Positions 56,593 through 64,000 of a stretch of DNA of 64,000 nucleotides are shown piece after piece. Positions within the stretch are counted from its first letter, which is position 1. Each line of letters begins with the position of its first letter. This stretch comes from a virus. Taxonomy: Duplodnaviria; Heunggongvirae; Uroviricota; Caudoviricetes. The DNA is taken from positions 157,721 through 221,720 of IMG/VR virus record IMGVR_UViG_3300037067_009442. One strand, written 5' to 3'. The position numbers and the translations under genes are program-made. A model generated the notes under the pieces. The model made no database searches. It was not told the DNA's origin and was given only the letters and a program-made list of their open reading frames with translations.

Positions 56593-57216
56593 ATGTCAGA
56601 AACCTTTACACCCATGGTAGATCTGGTTCCTGAGTGCGAAAAAGGTAACGTCAAGATCCGGCACTTCAGTATCTCAGAACGAGAGGCAGCTGTCACAATG
56701 CTCCGAGCTGTAGCCACCGGAGGTCGGGAAGAGCCCATCTCAGTGGGTAGGTACTGTCAACTCCTAGTGAATAACGGAGTCATGATGAGTGACACTCCGA
56801 TGGAAAAGCGAACCAACTACGAAGTGGTTCGCCAAGCTCGAGGCCACGTCTTCATTGCTGGGCTCGGGATCGGGATGATCCTAGTGCCTATCCTAGCAAA
56901 GCCTGAAGTGACCCAAGTTACGGTTGTAGAGCGTCTACAAGACGTAATTGACCTAGTGGCTCCTCACTTCTCAGACCCCCGTCTAGAAGTCATCCACGCG
57001 GATGTATTCAGCTACAAGCCTCCGAAGGGTACTCGCTATGATGTCGTGTATCACGACATCTGGGCCGACCAGAATCCAAGTGACTTGGAGGAGATGACTC
57101 AACTCCACCGGAAGTATGGAAGGTACCTCCGGGTCGGTGGTTGGCAGGAGAGCTGGAGACGTGACGAACTTCGGAGATACAAGGCTCAGAAGGCACGATC
57201 AGCTAGTCGGTGGTGA
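56593..57216 (+). CDS. Class I SAM-dependent methyltransferase-like protein
   Basis: Rossmann motif HVFIAGLGIGMILVPIL and an acidic motif DVVYHDIWAD. Confidence 0.4.
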   Translation: MSETFTPMVDLVPECEKGNVKIRHFSISEREAAVTMLRAVATGGREEPISVGRYCQLLVNNGVMMSDTPMEKRTNYEVVRQARGHVFIAGLGIGMILVPILAKPEVTQVTVVERLQDVIDLVAPHFSDPRLEVIHADVFSYKPPKGTRYDVVYHDIWADQNPSDLEEMTQLHRKYGRYLRVGGWQESWRRDELRRYKAQKARSASRW

Positions 57217-57217
57217 T

Positions 57218-57511
57218 TTAAGCAAGAGGGGTTGGTTTGACCAAGCCTACCATCAAGAGGGAATGGATGAAGAGGCTTGCTAAGAGGTCATCGGATTGGT
57301 CCCACGGAAGCTCGATAAGCAGGCCCTGCTTTTGGGCTAACTGAGGGACCAATGTTTGAAGGGCTTGTCTGACAGTAAGCCCATGGCCTGCTGTCATCTC
57401 CAGGACCATCTGGGAAGGCAGGCCTCGGTAAATGTGATAGTCGTCACTGTGGATCCATATCGACAGTGGGATCTTCTCTTTACCTGTTGCAAAGCATGGG
57501 GTGTCGCTCAT
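57218..57511 (-). CDS. Hypothetical protein
   Basis: 97-aa ORF. Confidence 0.3.
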   Translation of the reverse strand: MSDTPCFATGKEKIPLSIWIHSDDYHIYRGLPSQMVLEMTAGHGLTVRQALQTLVPQLAQKQGLLIELPWDQSDDLLASLFIHSLLMVGLVKPTPLA

Positions 57512-57879
57512 ACCACTTCAGTCTTCTGAATCTTCGCTCTAGAGGTTGGTTTTAGCCGTCGTACAGCCGTGTTCTTGACCGACCTCCAGGTAGGGACTAT
57601 TCCGGTTGATGAAACTGAAACTACTTGCTTGGCATCGCCTCTGGCATCGATAGTAACCTCGGTGACCTTGAACTCTCCGTTGACTTGGAGCTCTTCCGTT
57701 CGGCCTCCGTTCCTCCTATGCAGGGTGAATTGAAGCTTTAGTCGACTGCCGATAGGGAGGGGCGCCGGTAGGCTGATCCGAATAGGTGCTAGGTCCTCCA
57801 TGTCTTCCAGTTTCAGCAGGCTCGGGTGATTCATCGAACGGATCCCTTTTGAGTGTGTGATCAAACGAAGTCTGATCAT
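57508..57879 (-). CDS. Hypothetical protein
   Basis: 123-aa ORF. Confidence 0.3.
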   Translation of the reverse strand: MIRLRLITHSKGIRSMNHPSLLKLEDMEDLAPIRISLPAPLPIGSRLKLQFTLHRRNGGRTEELQVNGEFKVTEVTIDARGDAKQVVSVSSTGIVPTWRSVKNTAVRRLKPTSRAKIQKTEVV

Positions 57880-58556
57880 ATTACACTGGACAGCTAGATC
57901 CGAGGGGTGTATATCACGAGACCCTCACGTGTCTGTTGAGGTTGGTTACCTGTTCCATGACCAGACCCAGTACGAAAATAGAGCTGGCGAAGGTACGAGG
58001 ACCCCTGGATTACTCCACAGGATTGTCCTCGAAAAACTTCCGTGCTTCAACCCGTGGATCGGACACCTCTTCCTTAAGAAGAGTCTCCCGGGATAGTTCC
58101 CTAAGCATCAGAGGCCGATTGGCTTCTGATGTCATCCTTGGCTTCAAAAGGGTCTTGGATGGAGCTCTATCACTTGAGAGGGAGTTAGTGACCTCAAGTG
58201 GTAATCTCATAGGGGCGGATCGACATGGGTTCTTCTTCCCTTGTTCCATCCTCATGCTCAAGTAGCCCAACAGAGATCAAGAACGAATGACCAAGTTGAA
58301 CCAAGTAGGACTTACCTCGGAGGCTTCCTCCGTTGTTCCCTCTTCGTTCTCTGGGATCATGATCTATGTTAAGTAGTATTCTGTAGAATACTACCACTTA
58401 GTGGTGAAGTTAAGACCAAATCAATCACAAAAAACAGTAATACTGATACTCCAACTCCAATAAGCGAAGCTTGAGAAACAACCCCTAGTAGTAGAAGACG
58501 TAAAGGCATCCCTAGAGTCAAAGAGTCAAACCAAGGCCTGGAGTCAACTGAGGACC

Positions 58557-59288
58557 TCAGGTAGTAGTGAAGAAGCTAGTAACGTAGGTCCAACAGATCG
58601 ATGGGTTGGTCCTAGTGCCATAATTGGCACCAACCTCGTTAGCTCGTTCGAAGAATCGTTTTGAATCTTCGAGGCGTCCTAATACAAGCATCTCTATAGC
58701 TTTAGCCCAGAAGCTCAAGCTGAGGGTTTCAACCGCTTTGTCACCTTCTCCAGGTTCATCTTCGTTCATGCGACTGATGTAGCTTAGGACAGCTTTGTCA
58801 CCGGTAGTTACCCACTTCATCCAACCGATTGCTAAAGCCTCAAAGGTCCTCTGTGACCACTTGGTTCCAGTAGGCGAGTCAGGGATCAACCCCTCTTTGG
58901 GTTTACCTAGGCAATGGTTCAAACAGAAGATAAGCAACTTGGTCTCAAACCTATCGGGACACTGAGGTTGGAGCTCAAGGGCTTCTCTGACACGAAGGAT
59001 CGCTCGCTCCAAGGAACCCTCTTGGAATGAAACTTCAAATAGTGCTTGTTGGGCTACCATTTCTGCGAGTATTGCCCCAACCTCTTCAGTGTTATCAGGT
59101 AAATCTAAGTCAATCTCATTGTCGATCAATGATTGAAGCGTGGGTACTATGTGTTTTGGGTTAGTCATTCTTGAGAGGAGCTTCCTCTTGCCTAGATGGG
59201 ATTTTCTCTGCGGCGTAAGGCTAACTTCTTCGTGCATTGGGTTCCCATTTTCCATTGACACCGGTCCACTCAATGGGCTAAAACACAA
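58557..59288 (-). CDS. Hypothetical protein
   Basis: 243-aa ORF. Confidence 0.35.
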   Translation of the reverse strand: MCFSPLSGPVSMENGNPMHEEVSLTPQRKSHLGKRKLLSRMTNPKHIVPTLQSLIDNEIDLDLPDNTEEVGAILAEMVAQQALFEVSFQEGSLERAILRVREALELQPQCPDRFETKLLIFCLNHCLGKPKEGLIPDSPTGTKWSQRTFEALAIGWMKWVTTGDKAVLSYISRMNEDEPGEGDKAVETLSLSFWAKAIEMLVLGRLEDSKRFFERANEVGANYGTRTNPSICWTYVTSFFTTT

Positions 59289-59379
59289 GACCCCTCACTG
59301 AGTAAGGTACCAATGAAGTATGTGCTTGGTACTGAGGTCACAAAACTCCTTGAGGGTATAATCAGAGCAGAGGTCCATA

Positions 59380-60531
59380 GTGATTAACTGTGCTATCCCA
59401 GCCATTTCTGAGATCCCTGATGATTATGTACCTAGTAATTATGACGAACTGTATGAGGTTTACGCCCCATTCGTGACTCGTTTGGTTACTCGCTACAATC
59501 GAGTGCATGCGAACTTCGAGGATCTCCTTCAGCACGTTTGGATGGAAGTCCTAAGGGTCAACTTGATCCAGAAGTACAATACCTCAACAGGTACCCTCCC
59601 AAAGAGGATGACCGCTCTTCAGGTCTGTGCCTTCCTTGGGATTCCTTGGGGGACCTTCAAGATTGGGAATGTGCGAGCTAAGAGCGGGGACATTCGGCGG
59701 AAGAAGAAATCAGAATTCATCTGGGCCCCTGAGGCCCTAGAGAGAGAGATCTACCTTCGGGATAATGGCGTGTGTCACAGCTGTGGCATGGATACCAAAA
59801 TCCTCACCACCTTCTTTGAGGACCACTGGGAGAACTCCAATAAAGGTGCTTATGCCTTGCAGATGGGAAGGATCGGACTGCCTTCGGATCACCGCACTTG
59901 GTCCTACGTTGGTTTAGACGAATCCATAGCCTTCAATAGGAATGACACCTTCAAGGTTAGGTACAAGGTCTTCTGTGCTGCTTGTGTAGTCTCTAATTTC
60001 AGTTCGATCCCGACAGCTAGAGTCAAGCCGGAGAAGAACTGCATGAAGTATTTGGTTCCTGTAGTAGGGACCCACGCTTCGAAGAAGGCTCAGTATGCTC
60101 GGGAGGATGTTCTTCGGTTTAAGCAGTTTCGAGATAAGAATACTCGCTGCAAGAAGACTCAAGGGGTAATGCCCGAAGTGGCTCAATCCAAAGCCAACTT
60201 CAAACCTTACCTTGCTAGATCAGTTCACAATATCTACGCTAATTGGTGTCGGACTAGGAAACGAAGGTATAAGGAGCACTTTCCAGGTGTGGACTTAGAG
60301 ACAGGTCGTTCTTGGGAGGACGCTTTAGTTGATCCCTGTGGTCCGCGTCAAGAGAATCTGCTTGAGTTGAACGAGATCATCAGTCAATTCTTCGATGGTC
60401 GTGAGGAGCTTATAGCCTCCAGGAAAGAGGAGTTACTGTCTTTAGTGGCAAAAGGCCTAACTCCTGAAGAGATTGTCTCCAGGATGAAGCTACCAAAGCA
60501 TGTCCTTAAGAAACTCACGCGTAGTCGCTGA
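59380..60531 (+). CDS. Sigma-70/ECF-like factor with internal Cys-rich (HNH-like/zinc-ribbon) insertion
   Basis: Region-2-like FEDLLQHVWMEVLRV and C-terminal HTH-like LTPEEIVSRMKLPKHVLKKLTRSR. The insert carries YLRDNGVCHSCGMD ... CAAC. Confidence 0.4.
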   Translation: MINCAIPAISEIPDDYVPSNYDELYEVYAPFVTRLVTRYNRVHANFEDLLQHVWMEVLRVNLIQKYNTSTGTLPKRMTALQVCAFLGIPWGTFKIGNVRAKSGDIRRKKKSEFIWAPEALEREIYLRDNGVCHSCGMDTKILTTFFEDHWENSNKGAYALQMGRIGLPSDHRTWSYVGLDESIAFNRNDTFKVRYKVFCAACVVSNFSSIPTARVKPEKNCMKYLVPVVGTHASKKAQYAREDVLRFKQFRDKNTRCKKTQGVMPEVAQSKANFKPYLARSVHNIYANWCRTRKRRYKEHFPGVDLETGRSWEDALVDPCGPRQENLLELNEIISQFFDGREELIASRKEELLSLVAKGLTPEEIVSRMKLPKHVLKKLTRSR

Positions 60532-60542
60532 GAATCAATTTA

Positions 60543-61355
60543 TTGGGATTGAGTAGTGTGTCGAGCCCTACTATCCGATTGAACCAAGCCGTCTACAACC
60601 TCAGAGCAAGGGTAGCTTCATCCCTACCTTGGGGTCTCCGTGTTGCTCGGGTCCTTCACCGTATTCGGTTCGCAACCGAGCCGGCTGAATTCGGACAAGC
60701 TATGTACGGCCTCTTCCTCCTATTTGGAGTTGAGGGGATGCCACCGGCCCCCTTCATGCCGAAGAACACAAGAGAGATCTCACGTCTCAAGGGTTACGGG
60801 AAAGAGTTCGGAACTAAGGCCGCTGGTACAGTTGCTCGGTACTTCAGGAACCAAGAGGATAGCAGACGGAAAGAGACCGTCCGAGATGTACTCTCAATGG
60901 TCTTCCTTAAGTTGTATACGGACAAGAGCCTAAAGAACACACTGGAGGGTAAAGACTTATCCTTTGCGGAGCATTACATTCTCCGAGCAGTTCATAATCA
61001 AGCTCTCGATGTCGTTCGAAGTGAGAAGAAGCGTAAGACTGAGGATGTTGAGGACATGCTAGTCGAACCAGCTTCTTGGGATACTATTGGGGACATTCTT
61101 CCTCAAGCAGAGCAATCCGAGATCATACGAGATATCAAGAGGGTTGTTGGGGATGAACGGGCAGAGGATGTGGCCCTCTACTTCCAGTTGATGCTTGATG
61201 GGTACTCTGACGTCGAGATTACCAAAGGTAGACTTCTCCCTTACCTAAGGGAGAAGGAGTTTCAAGACGACAGTAGAGCCGACGGGATGCTGGACAAGTA
61301 CAAAAGGAAGATTCGGGAAGTTCTGTTGAAACATGATGTACAGCCTCCGGTGTAA
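60543..61355 (+). CDS. ECF-type sigma factor-like protein
   Basis: Region 2 is ETVRDVLSMVFLKLYTD ... FAEHYILRAVHNQALDVVRSEKKRK. Region 4 is ERAEDVALYFQLMLDGYSDVEI. The gene ends with TAA at 61353-61355. Confidence 0.45.
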   Translation: MGLSSVSSPTIRLNQAVYNLRARVASSLPWGLRVARVLHRIRFATEPAEFGQAMYGLFLLFGVEGMPPAPFMPKNTREISRLKGYGKEFGTKAAGTVARYFRNQEDSRRKETVRDVLSMVFLKLYTDKSLKNTLEGKDLSFAEHYILRAVHNQALDVVRSEKKRKTEDVEDMLVEPASWDTIGDILPQAEQSEIIRDIKRVVGDERAEDVALYFQLMLDGYSDVEITKGRLLPYLREKEFQDDSRADGMLDKYKRKIREVLLKHDVQPPV

Positions 61356-61364
61356 TTCAGCACT

Positions 61365-61529
61365 GTGAACTTACCTCTCAACACAATCATCAATGGTCTG
61401 TGTCTGCCTGTACTGAAGACGCTGCCTGATGAGTTCCTTGATGCCCTGGTCACCGATCCCCCTTACGGCCTGGGAGACAAGGACCCAACCCTAGAAGAGA
61501 TCATCGCCTACCTTCAAGGTAGGCGATGA
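61365..61529 (+). pseudogene. N-terminal module of the DNA methyltransferase (motif IV, LVTDPPYGL), in a different frame from the rest of the gene and lacking an ATG
   Basis: The frame-0 translation VNLPLNTIINGLCLPVLKTLPDEFLDALVTDPPYGLGDKDPTLEEIIAYLQGRR* is a canonical beta-class MTase N-terminus. The only possible start is GTG at 61365. It is in frame with the upstream ORF across its TAA stop. The rest of the MTase is in the +1 frame from 61495/61537. Confidence 0.45.
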
Positions 61530-61536
61530 TCTCAAT

Positions 61537-63408
61537 ATGGGTGAGTTCATGAATCGGGACTGGGAGCTCCCCTCAGTGGCTGTTTGGAGGGAGTGCTATC
61601 GGATCATGAAGCCTGGGGCCTTTCTCCTCTGCTTCGCTGGTACACGAACCCTAGACATCCTCTCTATTGGGATCCGAGCTGCAGGGTTTGAGAACAGGGA
61701 CTGCATTCCTACTGAGATGGGCCCTCCCATCCTTCGGTGGATCAGAGCTCAAGGGATGCCAAAGAGCACTGATATTGAAAAACTCATTCTTAGTGGTATT
61801 GAGAGGAGTTATGGTAAAAAAGTCTGCAGTTGCAACCAAAAAGAAGGAACGCACAGTAAAGTGGACCCCGAAGTGGATCAGTTTACTAGGTTCAATGTCG
61901 GATGCAAAACTAGCAGTGCAGATGGGTTGCGGGGAACTATCAGTGAGTCGGAAACGTCGCCAACTCAAGATTCAGTCCTATCGTTCTCAGAACGGGTCGA
62001 AGCCAGTGGCTTGCTCGGTATGCGGGAAGATCAGGATGAGACAAGCGAAGAACTCAAAGAGGTGCAAGCACCCTTATTGTTCAACTCAATGCTCAGCGGA
62101 AGGTCAACGTCGTCGGGACTTGGAGATACTTCGGTACGGGCCAGGTTGGAAGAAGATTCGGAACGAAGTTCGGGATCGGGACAAGGTGTGTCGGATTTGC
62201 GGAAAAACCCCAGAACAAAACGGGGCCGAACTTCAAGTTCATCACTTGAAGCCCTATCGATTTCAGGGGTCAAATCAACTGAGAAATCTGATAGCGCTTT
62301 GCACCAGTTGTCACCACAAGATAGAAGCAATCACAAGTACTGCTCTGGACTTGATTCAGATCGAAGTAAGCCTAGAGAGGTCTTTTCTAACCGTTATGTT
62401 GATGGGTCAGATTCTGTGGCAAGGGTCTGTTCTTGGTGTGGGCTCCCAGATCCTGATTGGATCAGATCTACCCAAGGGTTAGGAACTGCTTTAAAACCTT
62501 ATTGGGAGCCTATTCTAGTTTTCCGTAAGCCTATAGTTGAGGGGTCAGTATTAAAGCAAGTAGTGGCGACTGGGACTGGTGGGATCAACATCGAAGCTTC
62601 TCGAGTCAAGCACTCCTCTAAAGAGGATTTTGAGGCCCATAAAAAGGGGGTTGATGCCATTAAAGCTCGAGGGGGCAAGATGGCCAACAGCTGGAAGAAC
62701 AGCTCAGATCTCTCCGGGGCTAATGATGTCAAAACCTCGGGTCGCTTCCCTCCAAACCTGATCATCGTCCACTCAGACCTCTGTATCAAGATGGGGACTG
62801 AGATGGTGGCAATGCCCCCTATCAATCGCTTTGACGATGGAGCTAAGCCATTTGGCGGTGGGGCAGGGCACAAGTATACGACCGTTCATCGAGATGATGA
62901 GGAAGTTGAGATCTGGGATTGCCATCACTCATGCCCAGTACGGTGGCTCAACTACCACAGTGGAGCGGTCAGCGAGAAACCAGCTAAGAAGAAGAAAGGG
63001 GAACCAAGGTTAGAAAAACAAGAGCCGTTGGGAGCCTCCAAGTACTTCTTCAATGTGAACCCAGACTCCACCTTCTTCTACGTACCCAAGCCCAATCAAC
63101 GTGAGAAGGATGAAGGTTTGGATGAGGATGAGGAGAATGAGCACGTCTCGGTGAAGCCTGTGAGGCTCATGGAGTATTTGGTCAAGATGGTGACCCCACC
63201 CAAGGGGATCGTTCTCGACCCTTATTGTGGATCAGGTACCACTTGCGTTGCTGCAATCCGCTCAGGATTTGACTTCATTGGTATCGAGAAAGAAGCGCCG
63301 TCCGCCGCCACCTCTCAAGCTAGGGTTGAGAATGCTCTTCGGGAACGGCGGGAGATTGAGACTCAACGGGAAGCGTTCGAGCTCTCTCTTGAGCTTGAAT
63401 CAGAGTAG
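61537..63408 (+). CDS. Beta-class N6-adenine/N4-cytosine DNA methyltransferase, body and C-terminus, containing an embedded +1-frame HNH gene
   Basis: Sequence order: W..ECYRIMKPGAFLLCFAG, GFENRD, then a 225-aa low-complexity insert, WEPILVFRKP, motif X VKPVRLMEYLV and motif I VLDPYCGSGTT. This matches the permuted beta-class order IV-V-VIII-X-I. Confidence 0.55.
   Translation: MGEFMNRDWELPSVAVWRECYRIMKPGAFLLCFAGTRTLDILSIGIRAAGFENRDCIPTEMGPPILRWIRAQGMPKSTDIEKLILSGIERSYGKKVCSCNQKEGTHSKVDPEVDQFTRFNVGCKTSSADGLRGTISESETSPTQDSVLSFSERVEASGLLGMREDQDETSEELKEVQAPLLFNSMLSGRSTSSGLGDTSVRARLEEDSERSSGSGQGVSDLRKNPRTKRGRTSSSSLEALSISGVKSTEKSDSALHQLSPQDRSNHKYCSGLDSDRSKPREVFSNRYVDGSDSVARVCSWCGLPDPDWIRSTQGLGTALKPYWEPILVFRKPIVEGSVLKQVVATGTGGINIEASRVKHSSKEDFEAHKKGVDAIKARGGKMANSWKNSSDLSGANDVKTSGRFPPNLIIVHSDLCIKMGTEMVAMPPINRFDDGAKPFGGGAGHKYTTVHRDDEEVEIWDCHHSCPVRWLNYHSGAVSEKPAKKKKGEPRLEKQEPLGASKYFFNVNPDSTFFYVPKPNQREKDEGLDEDEENEHVSVKPVRLMEYLVKMVTPPKGIVLDPYCGSGTTCVAAIRSGFDFIGIEKEAPSAATSQARVENALRERREIETQREAFELSLELESE
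61811..62482 (+). mobile_element. HNH endonuclease gene nested in the +1 frame inside the methyltransferase ORF
   Basis: Canonical HNH core CRICGKTPEQNGAELQVHHLKPYRFQGSNQLRNLIALCTSCHHKIE, preceded by a CSVCG...CKHPYC zinc ribbon. ATG at 61811. The frame is open from 61667. Confidence 0.55.
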
Positions 63409-63745
63409 TCTTTTGAAGGTGGGTTAGCTTCTTGATAGCAAACTCTCTCTTGAGGGCATTACCCTTTCCTTCAACCACCTCTAGATAGACATTCACCCAA
63501 GGCCGCCCTGCTCGGGTAGCCTTGGCCCCTCTACCTGCATTGTGGGTTTTTAGTCTACTTTCAGGGTTGTTGCTGATTCCGGTGTAGTATCTACCAGTGA
63601 CTTCACTCCGAATAATGTAGACAAACCAAGTGGAACACCTATCAATACTCGATAAGTTTGTAGTTGGCGGTGATGAGAGTGATGAGGGCTGGAAGCTCGG
63701 CCCGTTTTTGGTCAGTAAGGAAGGGGTATTCTGGTCAGTAGTCAC
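63320..63745 (-). CDS. GIY-YIG nuclease family protein (YhbQ/Slx1-like)
   Basis: WFVYIIRSEVTGRYYTGISNNPESRLKTHNAGRGAKATRAGRPW. It overlaps the 3' end of the MTase gene. Confidence 0.5.
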   Translation of the reverse strand: MTTDQNTPSLLTKNGPSFQPSSLSSPPTTNLSSIDRCSTWFVYIIRSEVTGRYYTGISNNPESRLKTHNAGRGAKATRAGRPWVNVYLEVVEGKGNALKREFAIKKLTHLQKTTLIQAQERARTLPVESQSPAVPEEHSQP

Positions 63746-64000
63746 TTGTCATCATACACTGGTTGCATTCAAGGATGCAGGTGCAATACCGATCCCTGAC
63801 TCCCCTGACTTCCCTTTCCTGTGGCTCCCTCGAGATCCCTTGGCTACTCAGGTTGACAAGACTGAGGTCAGAGTATGGACGAAGGTCCAAGACTCGAATC
63901 TGATTGAGTTAGGTAAATACTCAGTGAACAGTGCTGCCCAGGGTATCATCGTAGGAGTTCTACTTGATATACGGAAGCTAGCTTACCTTCTGGACCAACT

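Noticed and set aside
61651-62873. Minus-strand ORFs (61651..61968, 62031..62330, 62499..62873) antisense to the MTase/HNH locus
   Set aside because: They are most likely by-products of the strong codon constraints on the two sense frames. No motifs or start signals were seen.
1-64000. Genome-wide stop-codon reassignment implied by the suppressor-like tRNA
   Set aside because: Well-supported genes end with TAA (for example 3301, 12316, 17849), TAG (2283, 4993, 11001) and TGA (5737, 7507, 26650) in roughly mixed proportions. The ORF track shows long uninterrupted ORFs in standard code.

Overview
The window reads as part of a large virus or jumbo-phage genome, or an integrated element, with bacterial-style signals. 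GC is about 50%. Many genes have Shine-Dalgarno-like sequences (gaggt, aggag), and TTG/GTG starts, overlapping stop/start junctions and convergent hairpin terminators are present.

Gene content by region:
- 1-25,500: many small genes of unknown function.
- 25,814-30,293: a virion structural block that includes a tandemly duplicated two-gene cassette.
- 31,026-35,249: a host-like metabolic and membrane cluster: flotillin (SPFH) plus NfeD, a NUDIX hydrolase, a beta-carbonic-anhydrase-like protein and CoaE.
- 41,094-44,450: an RNA-centred island: PTH2-type peptidyl-tRNA hydrolase, a ribbon-helix-helix protein, a type II tRNA whose anticodon loop reads 5'-UUA-3' (suppressor-like), an ADP-ribosylglycohydrolase, and a Ro60/TROVE protein with a vWA domain.
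- 44,450-47,765: UDP-galactopyranose mutase, a dual-specificity phosphatase and a DXD glycosyltransferase.
- 47,729-53,934: a gene for a fibre protein of about 1,625 aa, translationally coupled to a 443-aa structural protein.
- 54,381-63,745: peptide deformylase, dCTP deaminase, two tandem sigma-70/ECF-like factors, and a beta-class DNA methyltransferase.

The methyltransferase is the most unusual gene. Its N-terminal DPPY motif sits in a different frame from the body of the gene. It also contains a complete HNH endonuclease gene in the +1 frame, while its own frame stays open through that gene with clear avoidance of frame-1 stop codons (dual coding). Two GIY-YIG endonuclease genes are also present.

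The main hunt results are:
- a conserved C-terminal peptide motif, (P/V)T(R/A)RFER(E/I)(D/L), near the C-terminus of at least nine otherwise unrelated predicted proteins;
- the suppressor-like tRNA next to Ro60;
- the dual-coded methyltransferase/HNH locus;
- several long perfect hairpins and palindromes in intergenic regions.

No rRNA, CRISPR array or recognisable transposase was seen.
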